This document shows, one piece after another, positions 52,701 to 64,000 of a DNA stretch of 64,000 nt. Each line of letters opens with the position of its first letter. The first letter of the stretch is position 1. The position numbers were made by a program, and so were the translations under genes. Source of the stretch: Eledone cirrhosa. Its lineage: Eukaryota. The notes beneath the pieces are model-generated. The model saw only the letters and a program-made list of their open reading frames with translations, did no database searches and had not been told where the DNA came from. The DNA lies in contig OZ024744.1 in the NCBI GenBank assembly GCA_964016885.1, positions 20,460,001-20,524,000 on the forward strand, read 5' to 3'.

Positions 52701-55700
52701 CTCGTTTTAACAACAGTTGAATCTTAAGATAAAACTCGTTTTAACAACAGTTGAATCTTAAGAACTGACTCGTTTTAACGACAGCTGAATCTTAAGATAA
52801 AACTCGTTTTAACAACAGTTCAAACTTAAGAAATGACTCGTTTTAACAACAGTTGAATCTTATGAACTGACTCATTTTAACAAAAGTTGAATCTTAAGAA
52901 CTGATTCGTTTTAACAACAGTTGAATCTTAAGATAAAACTCGTTTTAACAACAGTTGAATCTTAAGAACTGACTCGTTTTAACCACAGCTGAATCTTAAG
53001 ATAAAACTCGTTTTATTAACAGTTGAATCTTAAGAACTGACTCGTTTTAACAACAGCTGAATCTTAAGATAAAACTCGTTTTATCAACAGTTGAATCTTA
53101 AGATAAAACTCGTTTTAACAACAGTTGAATCTTAAGAACTGACTCGTTTTAACAACAGTTGAATCTTAAGATAAAACTCGTTTGAACAACAGTTGAATCT
53201 TATGAACTAACTAATTTTTACAACAGTTGAATCTTAAGTTAAGACTCGTTTTAACAACAGTTGAATCTTAAGAACTGACTCGTTTTAACAACAGCTGCAT
53301 CTTAAGATAAAACTCGTTTTAACAACAGTTGAATCTTAAAGATAAAACTCGCTTTAACAACAGTTGAATCTTAAGAACTGACTCGTTTTAACAACAATTG
53401 AATCTTAAGACAAAACCCGTTTTAACAACAGTTGAATCTTAAGAACTGTCTCGTTTTAACAACAGTTGAATCTTAAGATAAACCTCGTTTTAACAACAGT
53501 TTAATCTTAAGAACTGACTCGTTTTAACAACAGTTGAATCTTAAGACAAAACTCGTTTTAACAACAGTTGAATCTTAAGAACTGACTTGTTCTAACAACA
53601 GTTCAGCCTTAAGAACTGACTCGTTTTAAAACAGTTGAATCGTTAGAACTGACTCGTTTTAACAACAGTTGAATCTTAAAATAAAACTCGTTTTAACAAT
53701 AGTTGAATCTCAAGAACTGACTCGTTTAAGCAACAGTTTAATCTTAAGATAAACCTCGTTTTAACAACAGTTGATTCTTAAGAACCGACTCGTTTCAACA
53801 ACAGTTAAATCTAAATAACTGACTCGTTTTAACAACAGTTGAATGTTAAGATAAAACTCGTTTTAACAATAGTTGAATCTTAAGAAGTGACTCGTTTTAA
53901 CAACAGTTGAATCTTAAGAACTGACTCGTTTTAACAACAGTTGAATGTTAAGATAAAACTCGTTATAACAATAGTTGAATCTTAAGAACTGACTCGTTTT
54001 AACAACAGTTGAATCTTAAGATAAAACTCGTTTTAACAACAGTTGAATCTTAAGAACTGACTCGTTTTAACAACAGCTGAATCTTAAGATAAACCTCGTT
54101 TTAACAACAGTTGATTCTTAAGAACCGACTCGTTTCAACAACAGTTAAATCTAAATAACTGACTCGTTTTAACAACAGTTGAATGTTAAGATAAAACTCG
54201 TTTTAACAATAGTTGAATCTTAAGAACTGACTCGTTTTAACAGCAGTTGAATCTTAAGATAAAACTCGTTTTAACAACTGTTGAATCTTAAGAACTGACT
54301 CGTTTTAACAACAGCTGAATCTTAAGATAAAACTCGTTTTAACAACAGTTGAATCTTAAGAACTGACTCGTTTTAACAACAGTTGAATCTTCAAATAAAA
54401 CTCGTTTTAACAACAGTTGAATCTTAAGAACTGACTCGTTTTAACAACAGTTGAATGTTAAGATAAAACTCGTTATAACAATAGTTGAATCTTAAGAACT
54501 GACTCGTTTTAACAACAGTTGAATCTTAAGATAAAACTCGTTTTAACAACAGTTGAATCTTAAGAACTGACTCGTTTTAACAACAGCTGAATCTTAAGAT
54601 AAAACTCGTTTTAACAACAGTTGAATCCTAAGAACTGACTTGTTTTATCAACAGTTAAACCGTAAGAACTGACTCGTTTTAACAACAGTTGAATGTTCAA
54701 ATAAAACTCGTTTTAACAACAGTTGAATCTTAAGATAAAACTCGTTTTAACAACAGTTGAATCTTAAGAACTGACTCGTTTTAACAACAGCTGAATCTTA
54801 AGATAAAACTCGTTTTAACAACAGTTCAAACTTAAGAAATGACTCGTTTTAACAACAGTTGAATCTTATGAACTGACTCATTTTAACAACAGTTGAATCT
54901 TAAGAACTGATTCGTTTTAACAACAGTTGAATCTTAAGATAAAACTCGTTTTAACAACAGTTGAATCTTATGAACTAACTCATTTTAACAACAGTTGAAT
55001 CTTAAGTTAAGACTCGTTTTAACAACAGTTGAATCTTAAGAACTGTCTTGTTTTAACAACAGTTGAATCTTAAGATAAACCTCGTTTTAACAACAGTTTA
55101 ATCTTAAGAACTGACTCGTTTTAACAACAGTTGATTCTTAAGACAAAACTCGTTTTAACAACAGTTGAATCTTAAGAACTGACTTGTTCTAACAACAGTT
55201 CAGCCTTAAGAACTGACTCGTTTTAAAACAGTTGAATCGTTAGAACTGACTCGTTTTAACAACAGTTGAATCTTAAAATAAAACTCGTTTTAACAATAGT
55301 TGAATCTCAAGAACTGACTCGTTTTAGCAACAGTTGAATCTTAAGATAACACTCGTTTTCATAACAGTTGAATCTTAAGATCTGTCTCGTTTTAACAACA
55401 GTTGAATCTTAAGATAAACCTCGTTTTAACAACAGTTGAATCTTAAGAACTGACTCGTTTTAACAACAGTTAAATCTTAATAACTGACTCGTTTTAACAA
55501 CAGTTGAATGTTAAGATAAAACTCGTTTTAACAATAGTTGAATCTTAAGAACTGACTCGTTTTAACAACAGTTGAATCTTAAGATAAAACTCGTTTTAAC
55601 AACTGTTGAATCTTAAGAACTGACTCGTTTTAACAACAGCTGAATCTTAAGATAAAACTCGTTTTAACAACAGTTGAATCTTAAGAACTGACTCGTTTTA

Positions 55701-58700
55701 ACAACAGTTGAATCTTATGAACTGACTCATTTTAACAAAAGTTGAATCTTAAGAACTGATTCGTTTTAACAACAGTTGAATCTTAAGATAAAACTCGTTT
55801 TAACAACAGTTGAATCTTAAGAACTGACTCGTTTTAACCACAGCTGAATCTTAAGATAAAACTCGTTTTATTAACAGTTGAATCTTAAGAACTGACTCGT
55901 TTTAACAACAGCTGAATCTTAAGATAAAACTCGTTTTAACAACAGTTGAATCTTAAGATAAAACTCGTTTTAACAACAGTTGAATCTTAAGAACTGACTC
56001 GTTTTAACAACAGTTGAATCTTAAGATAAAACTCGTTTGAACAACAGTTGAATCTTATGAACTAACTAATTTTTACAACAGTTGAATCTTAAGTTAAGAC
56101 TCGTTTTAACAACAGTTGAATCTTAAGAATTGACTCGTTTTAACAACAGCTGCATCTTAAGATAAAACTCGTTTTAACAACAGTTGAATCTTAAAGATAA
56201 AACTCGCTTTAACAACAGTTGAATCTTAAGAACTGACTCGTTTTAACAACAATTGAATCTTAAGACAAAACCCGTTTTAACAACATTTGAATCTTAAGAA
56301 CTGTCTCGTTTTAACAACAGTTGAATCTTAAGATCAACCTCGTTTTAACAACAGTTTAATCTTATGAACTGACTCGTTTTAACAACAGTTGAATCTTAAG
56401 ACAAAACTCGTTTTAACAACAGTTGAATCTTAAGAACTGACTTGTTCTAACAACAGTTCAGCCTTAGGAACTGACTCGTTTTAAAACAGTTGAATCGTTA
56501 GAACTGACTCGTTTTAACAACAGTTGAATCTTAAAATAAAACTCGTTTTAACAATAGTTGAATCTCAAGAACTGACTCGTTTTAGCAACAGTTGAATCTT
56601 AAGATAAACCTCGTTTTAACAACAGTTGATTCTTAAGAACCGACTCGTTTCAACAACAGTTAAATCTAAATAACTGACTCGTTTTAACAACAGTTGAATG
56701 TTAAGATAAAACTCGTTTTAACAATAGTTGAATCTTAAGAACTGACTCGTTTTAACAACAGTTGAATCTTAAGATAAAACTCGTTTTCACAACTGTTGAA
56801 TCTTAAGAACTGACTCGTTTTAACAACAGCTGAATCTTAAGATAAAACTCGTTTTAACAACAGTTGACTCTTAAGAACTGACTCGTTTTAACAACAGTTG
56901 AATCTTCAAATAAAACTCGTTTTAACAACAGTTGAATCTTAAGAACTGACTCGTTTTAACAACAGTTGAATGTTAAGATAAAACTCGTTATAACAATAGT
57001 TGAATCTTAAGAACTGACTCGTTTTAACAACAGTTGAATCTTAAGATAAAACTCGTTTTAACAACAGTTGAATCTTAAGAACTGACTCGTTTTAACAACA
57101 GCTGAATCTTAAGATAAACCTCGTTTTAACAACAGTTGATTCTTAAGAACCGACTCGTTTCAACAACAGTTAAATCTAAATAACTGACTCGTTTTAACAA
57201 CAGTTGAATGTTAAGATAAAACTCGTTTTAACAATAGTTGAATCTTAAGAACTGACTCGTTTTAACAACAGTTGAATCTTAAGATAAAACTCGTTTTAAC
57301 AACTGTTGAATCTTAAGAACTGACTCGTTTTAACAACAGCTTAATCTTAAGATAAAACTCGTTTTAACAACAGTTGAATCTTAAGAACTGACTCGTTTTA
57401 ACAACAGTTGAATGTTCAAATAAATCTCGTTTTAACAACAGTTGAATCTTAAGAACTGACTCGTTTTAACAACAGTTGAATCTTAAGAACTGACTCGTTT
57501 TAACAACAGTTAAATCTTAATCACTGACTCGTTTTAACAACAGTTGAATATTTAGATAAAACTCGTTTTAACAACAGTTGAATCTTAAGAACTGACTCGT
57601 TTTAACAACAGCTGAATCTTAACATAAAACTCGTTTTAACAACAGTTGAATCTTAAGAACTGACTCGTTTTAACAACAGCTGAATCTTAAGATAAAACTC
57701 GTTTTAACAACAGTTGAATCTTAAGATAAAACTCGTTTTAACAACAGTTGAATCTTAAGAACTGACTCGTTTTAATAACAGTTGAATCTTCAAATAAAAC
57801 TCGTTTTAACAACAGTTGAACATTAAGAACTGACTCGTTTTAACAACAGTTAAATGTTAAGATTAAACTCGTTTTAACAATAGTTGAATCTTAAGAACTG
57901 ACTCGTTTTAACAACAGTTGAATCTTAAGAACTGACTCGTTTTAACAACAGCTGAATCTTAAGATAACACTCGTTTTAACAACAGTTGAATCTTAAGATA
58001 AAACTCGTTTTAACAACAGTTGAATCTTAAGAACTGACTCGTTTTAACAACAGTTGAATCTTAAGATAAAACTCGTTTTAACAACAGTTGAATATTATGA
58101 ACTAACTCATTTTAACAACAGTTGAATCTTAAGTTAAGACTCGTTTTAACAACAGTTGAATCTTAAGAACTGACTCGTTTTAACGACAGCTGTATCTTAA
58201 GATAAAACTCGTTTTAACAACAGTTGAATCTTAAAGATAAAACTCGCTTTAACAACAGTTGAATCTTAAGAACTGACTCGTTTTAACAACAGTTGAATCT
58301 TAAGACAAAACCCGTTTTAACAACAGTTGAATCTTAAGAACTGTCTCGTTTTAACAACAGTTGAATCTTAAGATAAACCTCGTTTTAACAACAGTTTAAT
58401 CTTAAGAACTGACTCGTTTTAACAACAGTTGAATCTTAAGACAAAACTCGTTTTAACAACAGTTGAATCTTAAGAACTGACTTGTTCTAACAACAGTTCA
58501 GCCTTAAGAACTGACTCGTTTTAAAACAGTTGAATCGTTAGAACTGACTCGTTTTAACAACAGTTGAATCTTAAAATAAAACTCGTTTTAACAATAGTTG
58601 AATCTCAAGAACTGACTCGTTTTAGCAACAGTTGAATCTTAAAATAACACTCGTTTTCATAACAGTTGAATCTTAAGAACTGACTCGTTTTAACAACAGT

Positions 58701-61700
58701 TAAATCTTAATAACTGACTCGTTTTAACAACAGTTGAATGTTAAGATAAAACTCGTTTTAACAATAGTTGAATCTTAAGAACTGACTCGTTTTAACAACA
58801 GTTGAATCTTAATATAAAACTCGTTTTAACAACTGTTGAATCTTAAGAACTGACTCGTTTTAACAACAGCTGAATCTTAAGATAAAACTCGTTTTAACAA
58901 CAGTTGAATCTTAAGAACTGACTCGTTTTAACAACAGTTGAATCTTCAAATAAAACTCGTTTTAACAACAGTTGAATCTTAAGAACTGACTCGTTTTAAC
59001 AACAGTTGAATGTTAAGATAAAACTCGTTTTAACGATAGTTGAATCTTAAGAACTGACTCGTTTTAACAACAGTTGAATCTTAAGATAAAACTCCTTTTA
59101 ACAACAGTTGAATCTTAAGAACTGACTCGTTTTAACAACAGCTGAATCCTAAGATAAAGCTCGTTTTAACAACAGTTCAAACTTAAGAAATGACTCGTTT
59201 TAACAAAAGTTGAATCTTATGAACTCACTCATTTTAACAACAGTTGAATCTTAAGATAACATTCGTTTTAACAACAGTTGAATCTTAAGAACTGATTCGT
59301 TTTAACAACAGTTGAATCTTAAGATAAAACTCGTTTTAACAACAGTTGAATCTTAAGAACGGACTCGTTTTAACAACAGTTGAATCTTAAGAACTGATTC
59401 GTTTTAACAACAGTTCAAACTTAAGAACTGACTCGTTTTAACAACAGTTGAATCTTATGAACTGACTCATTTTAACAACAGTTGAATCTTAAGATAACAT
59501 TCGTTTTAACAACAGTTGAATCTTAAGAACAGACTCGTTTTAACAACAGTTGAATCTTAAAGATAAAACTCGTTTCAACAACAGTTGAATCTTAAGAACT
59601 GACTCGTTTTAACAACAGCTGAATCTTAAGATAAAACTCGTTTTAACAACAGTTGAATCTTAAGATAAAACTCGTTTTAACAACAGTTGAATCTTAAGAA
59701 CTGACTCGTTTTAACAACAGTTGAATCTTAAGATAAAACTCGTTTGAACAACAGTTGAATCTTATGAACTAACTAATTTTTACAACAGTTGAATCTTAAG
59801 TTAAGACTCGTTTTAACAACAGTTGAATCTTAAGAACTGACTCGTTTTAACAACAGATGAATCTTAAGATAAAACTCCTTTTAACAACAGTTGAATCTTA
59901 AAGATAAAACTCGCTTTAACAACAGTTGAATCTTAAGACAAAACCCGTTTTAACAACAGTTGAATCTTAAGAACTGTCTCGTTTTAACAACAGTTCAGCC
60001 GTACGAACTGACTCATTTTAACAACAGTTGAACCTTAAGAAATGACTCGTTTTAACAACAGTTGAATCTTAAGATAAAACTCGTTTTAACAACAGTTGAA
60101 TCTTAAGAACTGACTTGTTTTATCAACAGTTCAACCGTAAGAACTGACTCGTTTTAACAACAGTTGAATGTTCAAATAAAACTCGTTTTAACAACAGTTG
60201 AATCTTAATAACTGACTCGTTTTAACAACAGTTGAATCTTAAGAACTGACTCGTTTTAACAACAGTTAAATCTTAATAACTGACTCGTTTTAACAACAGT
60301 TGAATATTTAGATAAAACTCGTTTTAACAACAGTTGAATCTTAAAAACTGACTCGATTTAACAACAGTTGAATGTTAAGATAAAACTCGTTTTAACAATA
60401 GTTGAATCTTAAGAACTGACTCGTTTTAACAACAGTTGAATCTTAAGATAAAACTCGTTTTAACAACAGTTGAATCTTAAGAACTGACTCGTTTTAACAA
60501 CAGATGAATCTTAAGATAAAACTCGTTTTAACAACAGTTGAATCTTAAGAACTGACTTGTTTTATCAACAGTTCAACCGCACGAACTGACTCGTTTTAAC
60601 AACAGTTGAATCTTCAAATAAAACTCGTTTTAACAACAGTTGAATCTTAAGAAATGACTCGTTTTAACAACAGTTGAATCTTAAGATAAAACTCGTTTTA
60701 ACAACAGTTGAATCTTAAGAACTGACTCGTTTTAACAACTGCTGAATCTTAAGATAAAACTCGTTTTAACAACAGTTGAATCTTAAGAACTGACTTGTTT
60801 TATCAACAGTTCAACCGTAAGAACTGACTCGTTTTAACAACAGTTGAATCTTCAAATAAAACTCGTTTTAACAACAGTTGAATCTTAAGAACTGACTCGT
60901 TTTAACAACAGTTGAATCTTAAGAACTGACTCGTTTTAACAACAGTTGAATCTTAAGAACTGACTCGTTTTAACAACAGTTAAATCTTAATAACTGACTC
61001 GTTTTAACAACAGTTGAATGTTAAGATAAAACTCGTTTTAACAACAGTTGAATCTTAAGAACTGACTCGTTTTAACAACAGCTGAATCTTAATATAAAAC
61101 TCGTTTTAACAACAGTTGAATCTTAAGAACTGACTCGTTTTAACAACAGCTGAATCTTCAAATAAAACTCGTTTTAACAACAGTTGAATCTTAAGAACTG
61201 ACTCGTTTTAACAACAGTTGAATCTTAAGATAACATTCGTTTTAACAACAGTTGAATCTTAAGAACTGATTCTTTTTAACAACAGTTGAATCTTAAGATA
61301 AAACTCGTTTTAACAACAGTTGAATCTTAAGAACTGACTCGTTTTAACAACAGCTGAATCTTAAGATAAAACTCGTTTTAACAACAGTTGAATCTTAAGA
61401 ACTGACTCGTTTTATCAACAGTTCAACCTTAAGAACTGATTCGTTTTAACAACAGTTGAATCTTAAGAACTGACTCGTTTTAACAACAGTTGAATCTTAA
61501 GGACTGACTCGTTTTAACAACAGTTGAATCTTATGAACTGACTCATTTTAACAACAATTGAATCTGAAGATAACATTCGTTTTAACAACAGTTGAATCTT
61601 AAGAACTGACTCGTTTTATCAACAGTTCAACCTTAAGAAGTAACTCGTTTTAACAACAGTTGAATCTTATGAACTGACTCATTTTAACAACAGTTGAATC

Positions 61701-64000
61701 TTAAGATAACATTCGTTTTAACAACAGTTGAATCTTAAGAACAGACTCGTTTTAACAACAGTTGAATCTTAAAGATAAAACTCGTTTCAACAACAGTTGA
61801 ATCTTAAAGATAAAACTCGTTTCAACAACAGTTGAATCTTAAGAACTGACTCGTTTTAACAACAGCTGAATCTTAAGATAAAACTCGTTTTAACAACAGT
61901 TGAATCTTAAGATAAAACTCGTTTTAACAACAGTTGAATCTTAAGAACTGACTCGTTTTAACGACAGCTGAATCTTAAGATAAAACTCGTTTTAACAACA
62001 GTTCAAACTTAAGAAATGACTCGTTTTAACAACAGTTGAATCTTATGAACTGACTCATTTTAACAAAAGTTGAATCTTAAGAACTGACTCGTTTTAACCA
62101 CAGCTGAATCTTAAGATAAAACTCGTTTTATTAACAGTTGAATCTTAAGAACTGACTCGTTTTAACAACAGCTGAATCTTAAGATAAAACTCGTTTTATC
62201 AACAGTTGAATCTTAAGATAAAACTCGTTTTAACAACAGTTGAATCTTAAGAACTGACTCGTTTTAACAACAGTTGAATCTTAAGATAAAACTCGTTTGA
62301 ACAACAGTTGAATCTTATGAACTAACTAATTTTTACAACAGTTGAATCTTAAGTTAAGACTCGTTTTAACAACAGTTGAATCTTAAGAACTGACTCGTTT
62401 TAACAACAGCTGCATCTTAAGATAAAACTCGTTTTAACAACAGTTGAATCTTAAAGATAAAACTCGCTTTAACAACAGTTGAATCTTAAGAACTGACTCG
62501 TTTTAACAACAATTGAATCTTAAGACAAAACCCGTTTTAACAACAGTTGAATCTTAAGAACTGTCTCGTTTTAACAACAGTTGAATCTTAAGATAAACCT
62601 CGTTTTAACAACAGTTTAATCTTAAGAACTGACTCGTTTTAACAACAGTTGAATCTTAAGACAAAACTCGTTTTAACAACAGTTGAATCTTAAGAACTGA
62701 CTTGTTCTAACAACAGTTCAGCCTTAAGAACTGACTCGTTTTAAAACAGTTGAATCGTTAGAACTGACTCGTTTTAACAACAGTTGAATCTTAAAATAAA
62801 ACTCGTTTTAACAATAGTTGAATCTCAAGAACTGACTCGTTTAAGCAACAGTTTAATCTTAAGATAAACCTCGTTTTAACAACAGTTGATTCTTAAGAAC
62901 CGACTCGTTTCAACAACAGTTAAATCTAAATAACTGACTCGTTTTAACAACAGTTGAATGTTAAGATAAAACTCGTTTTAACAATAGTTGAATCTTAAGA
63001 AGTGACTCGTTTTAACAACAGTTGAATCTTAAGAACTGACTCGTTTTAACAACAGTTGAATCTTAAGATAAAACTCGTTTTAACAACAGTTGAATCTTAA
63101 GAACTGACTCGTTTTAACAACAGCTGAATCTTAAGATAAACCTCGTTTTAACAACAGTTGATTCTTAAGAACCGACTCGTTTCAACAACAGTTAAATCTA
63201 AATAACTGACTCGTTTTAACAACAGTTGAATGTTAAGATAAAACTCGTTTTAACAATAGTTGAATCTTAAGAACTGACTCGTTTTAACAGCAGTTGAATC
63301 TTAAGATAAAACTCGTTTTAACAACTGTTGAATCTTAAGAACTGACTCGTTTTAACAACAGCTGAATCTTAAGATAAAACTCGTTTTAACAACAGTTGAA
63401 TCTTAAGAACTGACTCGTTTTAACAACAGTTGAATCTTCAAATAAAACTCGTTTTAACAACAGTTGAATCTTAAGAACTGACTCGTTTTAACAACAGTTG
63501 AATGTTAAGATAAAACTCGTTATAACAATAGTTGAATCTTAAGAACTGACTCGTTTTAACAACAGTTGAATCTTAAGATAAAACTCGTTTTAACAACAGT
63601 TGAATCTTAAGAACTGACTCGTTTTAACAACAGCTGAATCTTAAGATAAAACTCGTTTTAACAACAGTTGAATCCTAAGAACTGACTTGTTTTATCAACA
63701 GTTAAACCGTAAGAACTGACTCGTTTTAACAACAGTTGAATGTTCAAATAAAACTCGTTTTAACAACAGTTGAATCTTAAGATAAAACTCGTTTTAACAA
63801 CAGTTGAATCTTAAGAACTGACTCGTTTTAACAACAGCTGAATCTTAAGATAAAACTCGTTTTAACAACAGTTCAAACTTAAGAAATGACTCGTTTTAAC
63901 AACAGTTGAATCTTATGAACTGACTCATTTTAACAACAGTTGAATCTTAAGAACTGATTCGTTTTAACAACAGTTGAATCTTAAGATAAAACTCGTTTTA
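45471..64000. repeat. Large higher-order duplication, period ~11.94-11.97 kb: 45471-49695 recurs at 57408-61665; then ~52477-54950 recurs at ~61660-64000
   Basis: TAATCACTG 45581/57518 (11937); CCGTACG 48029/59999, CCGCACG 48607/60577, GAAGTAACTC 49667/61637 (all 11970). Then GAACAGAC 52556/61739 (9183), GCTGCAT 53294/62409, GTTAAACCG 54654/63701. Confidence 0.9.
52850..57400. repeat. Higher-order duplication, period ~2,855 bp (~52.85-54.4 kb recurs at ~55.7-57.4 kb)
   Basis: GCTGCAT 53294/56149. Both copies share the TTTATTAACAG marker, the paired GATTCTTAAGAACCGACTCGTTTCAAC marker and the CGTTATAAC marker. Confidence 0.8.

Larger units (their letters stand above)
1..64000. repeat. 34-bp tandem satellite array (~1,882 monomers, types A and B), extending beyond both window ends
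   Basis: Monomer starts at 1, 35, 69... Consensus TTGAATCTTAAGA(ACTG|TAAA)ACTCGTTTTAACAACAG. The last monomer starts at 63974 (=1+1881x34+19). Same orientation throughout; no non-repeat sequence seen. Confidence 0.99.

Noticed and set aside
1-64000. CRISPR array (34-bp unit, partial palindromes, GTTTTA/GTTGAA motifs)
   Set aside because: No unique spacers: units abut directly, the variable site is 4 bp with two main states, and there is no leader or cas gene.
1-64000. Repetitive protein-coding ORF
   Set aside because: 34 is not a multiple of 3, so frames rotate each monomer; TTAA (TAA on both strands) occurs twice per monomer plus TGA, closing all six frames within about 100 bp.
1-64000. 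A/B order as an information-bearing binary code
   Set aside because: The order is explained by alternation plus nested duplications and deletions; no evidence of a reader or of non-duplicative complexity.
1-64000. Transcription-factor or methylase sites (E-box CAGTTG/CAGCTG, Myb-like CAACTG, GANTC)
   Set aside because: Short motifs are expected by chance in any monomer and are multiplied by the repeat; no promoter or gene context.
1-64000. Plasmid iterons, telomeric repeat or transposon subterminal repeats
   Set aside because: Far too long for iterons and no rep gene; no G-rich strand bias; no element ends or unique flanks visible in the window.

Overview
The whole 64-kb window is one uninterrupted, head-to-tail, AT-rich (~30% GC) satellite array of a 34-bp monomer (~1,882 copies), most likely eukaryotic heterochromatic or centromere-type satellite DNA; the organism cannot be identified from the sequence. 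Two major monomer types differ at one 4-bp site: type A TTGAATCTTAAGA-ACTG-ACTCGTTTTAACAACAG and type B TTGAATCTTAAGA-TAAA-ACTCGTTTTAACAACAG. They tend to alternate (68-bp dimer). I see no genes, RNA genes, CRISPR spacers, transposon insertions or inversions. Using rare variants as markers, the array resolves into nested higher-order duplications with periods of about 6.39 kb (3.84+2.55), 1.8-2.2 kb, 4.39/4.25 kb (x3), 3.1 kb, 2.86 kb and 11.94-11.97 kb. The most interesting sequence-level signals: both alleles of the A/B site create dyad symmetry with different partners; the monomer appears built from two related half-units; a recurrent +1/-1 indel cassette restores 34-bp phase; and there is a short island of unusually diverged monomers near 49.7-50.1 kb. 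I cannot support a novel gene-encoded system here. All coordinates were read by eye, and block boundaries are approximate to about one monomer.
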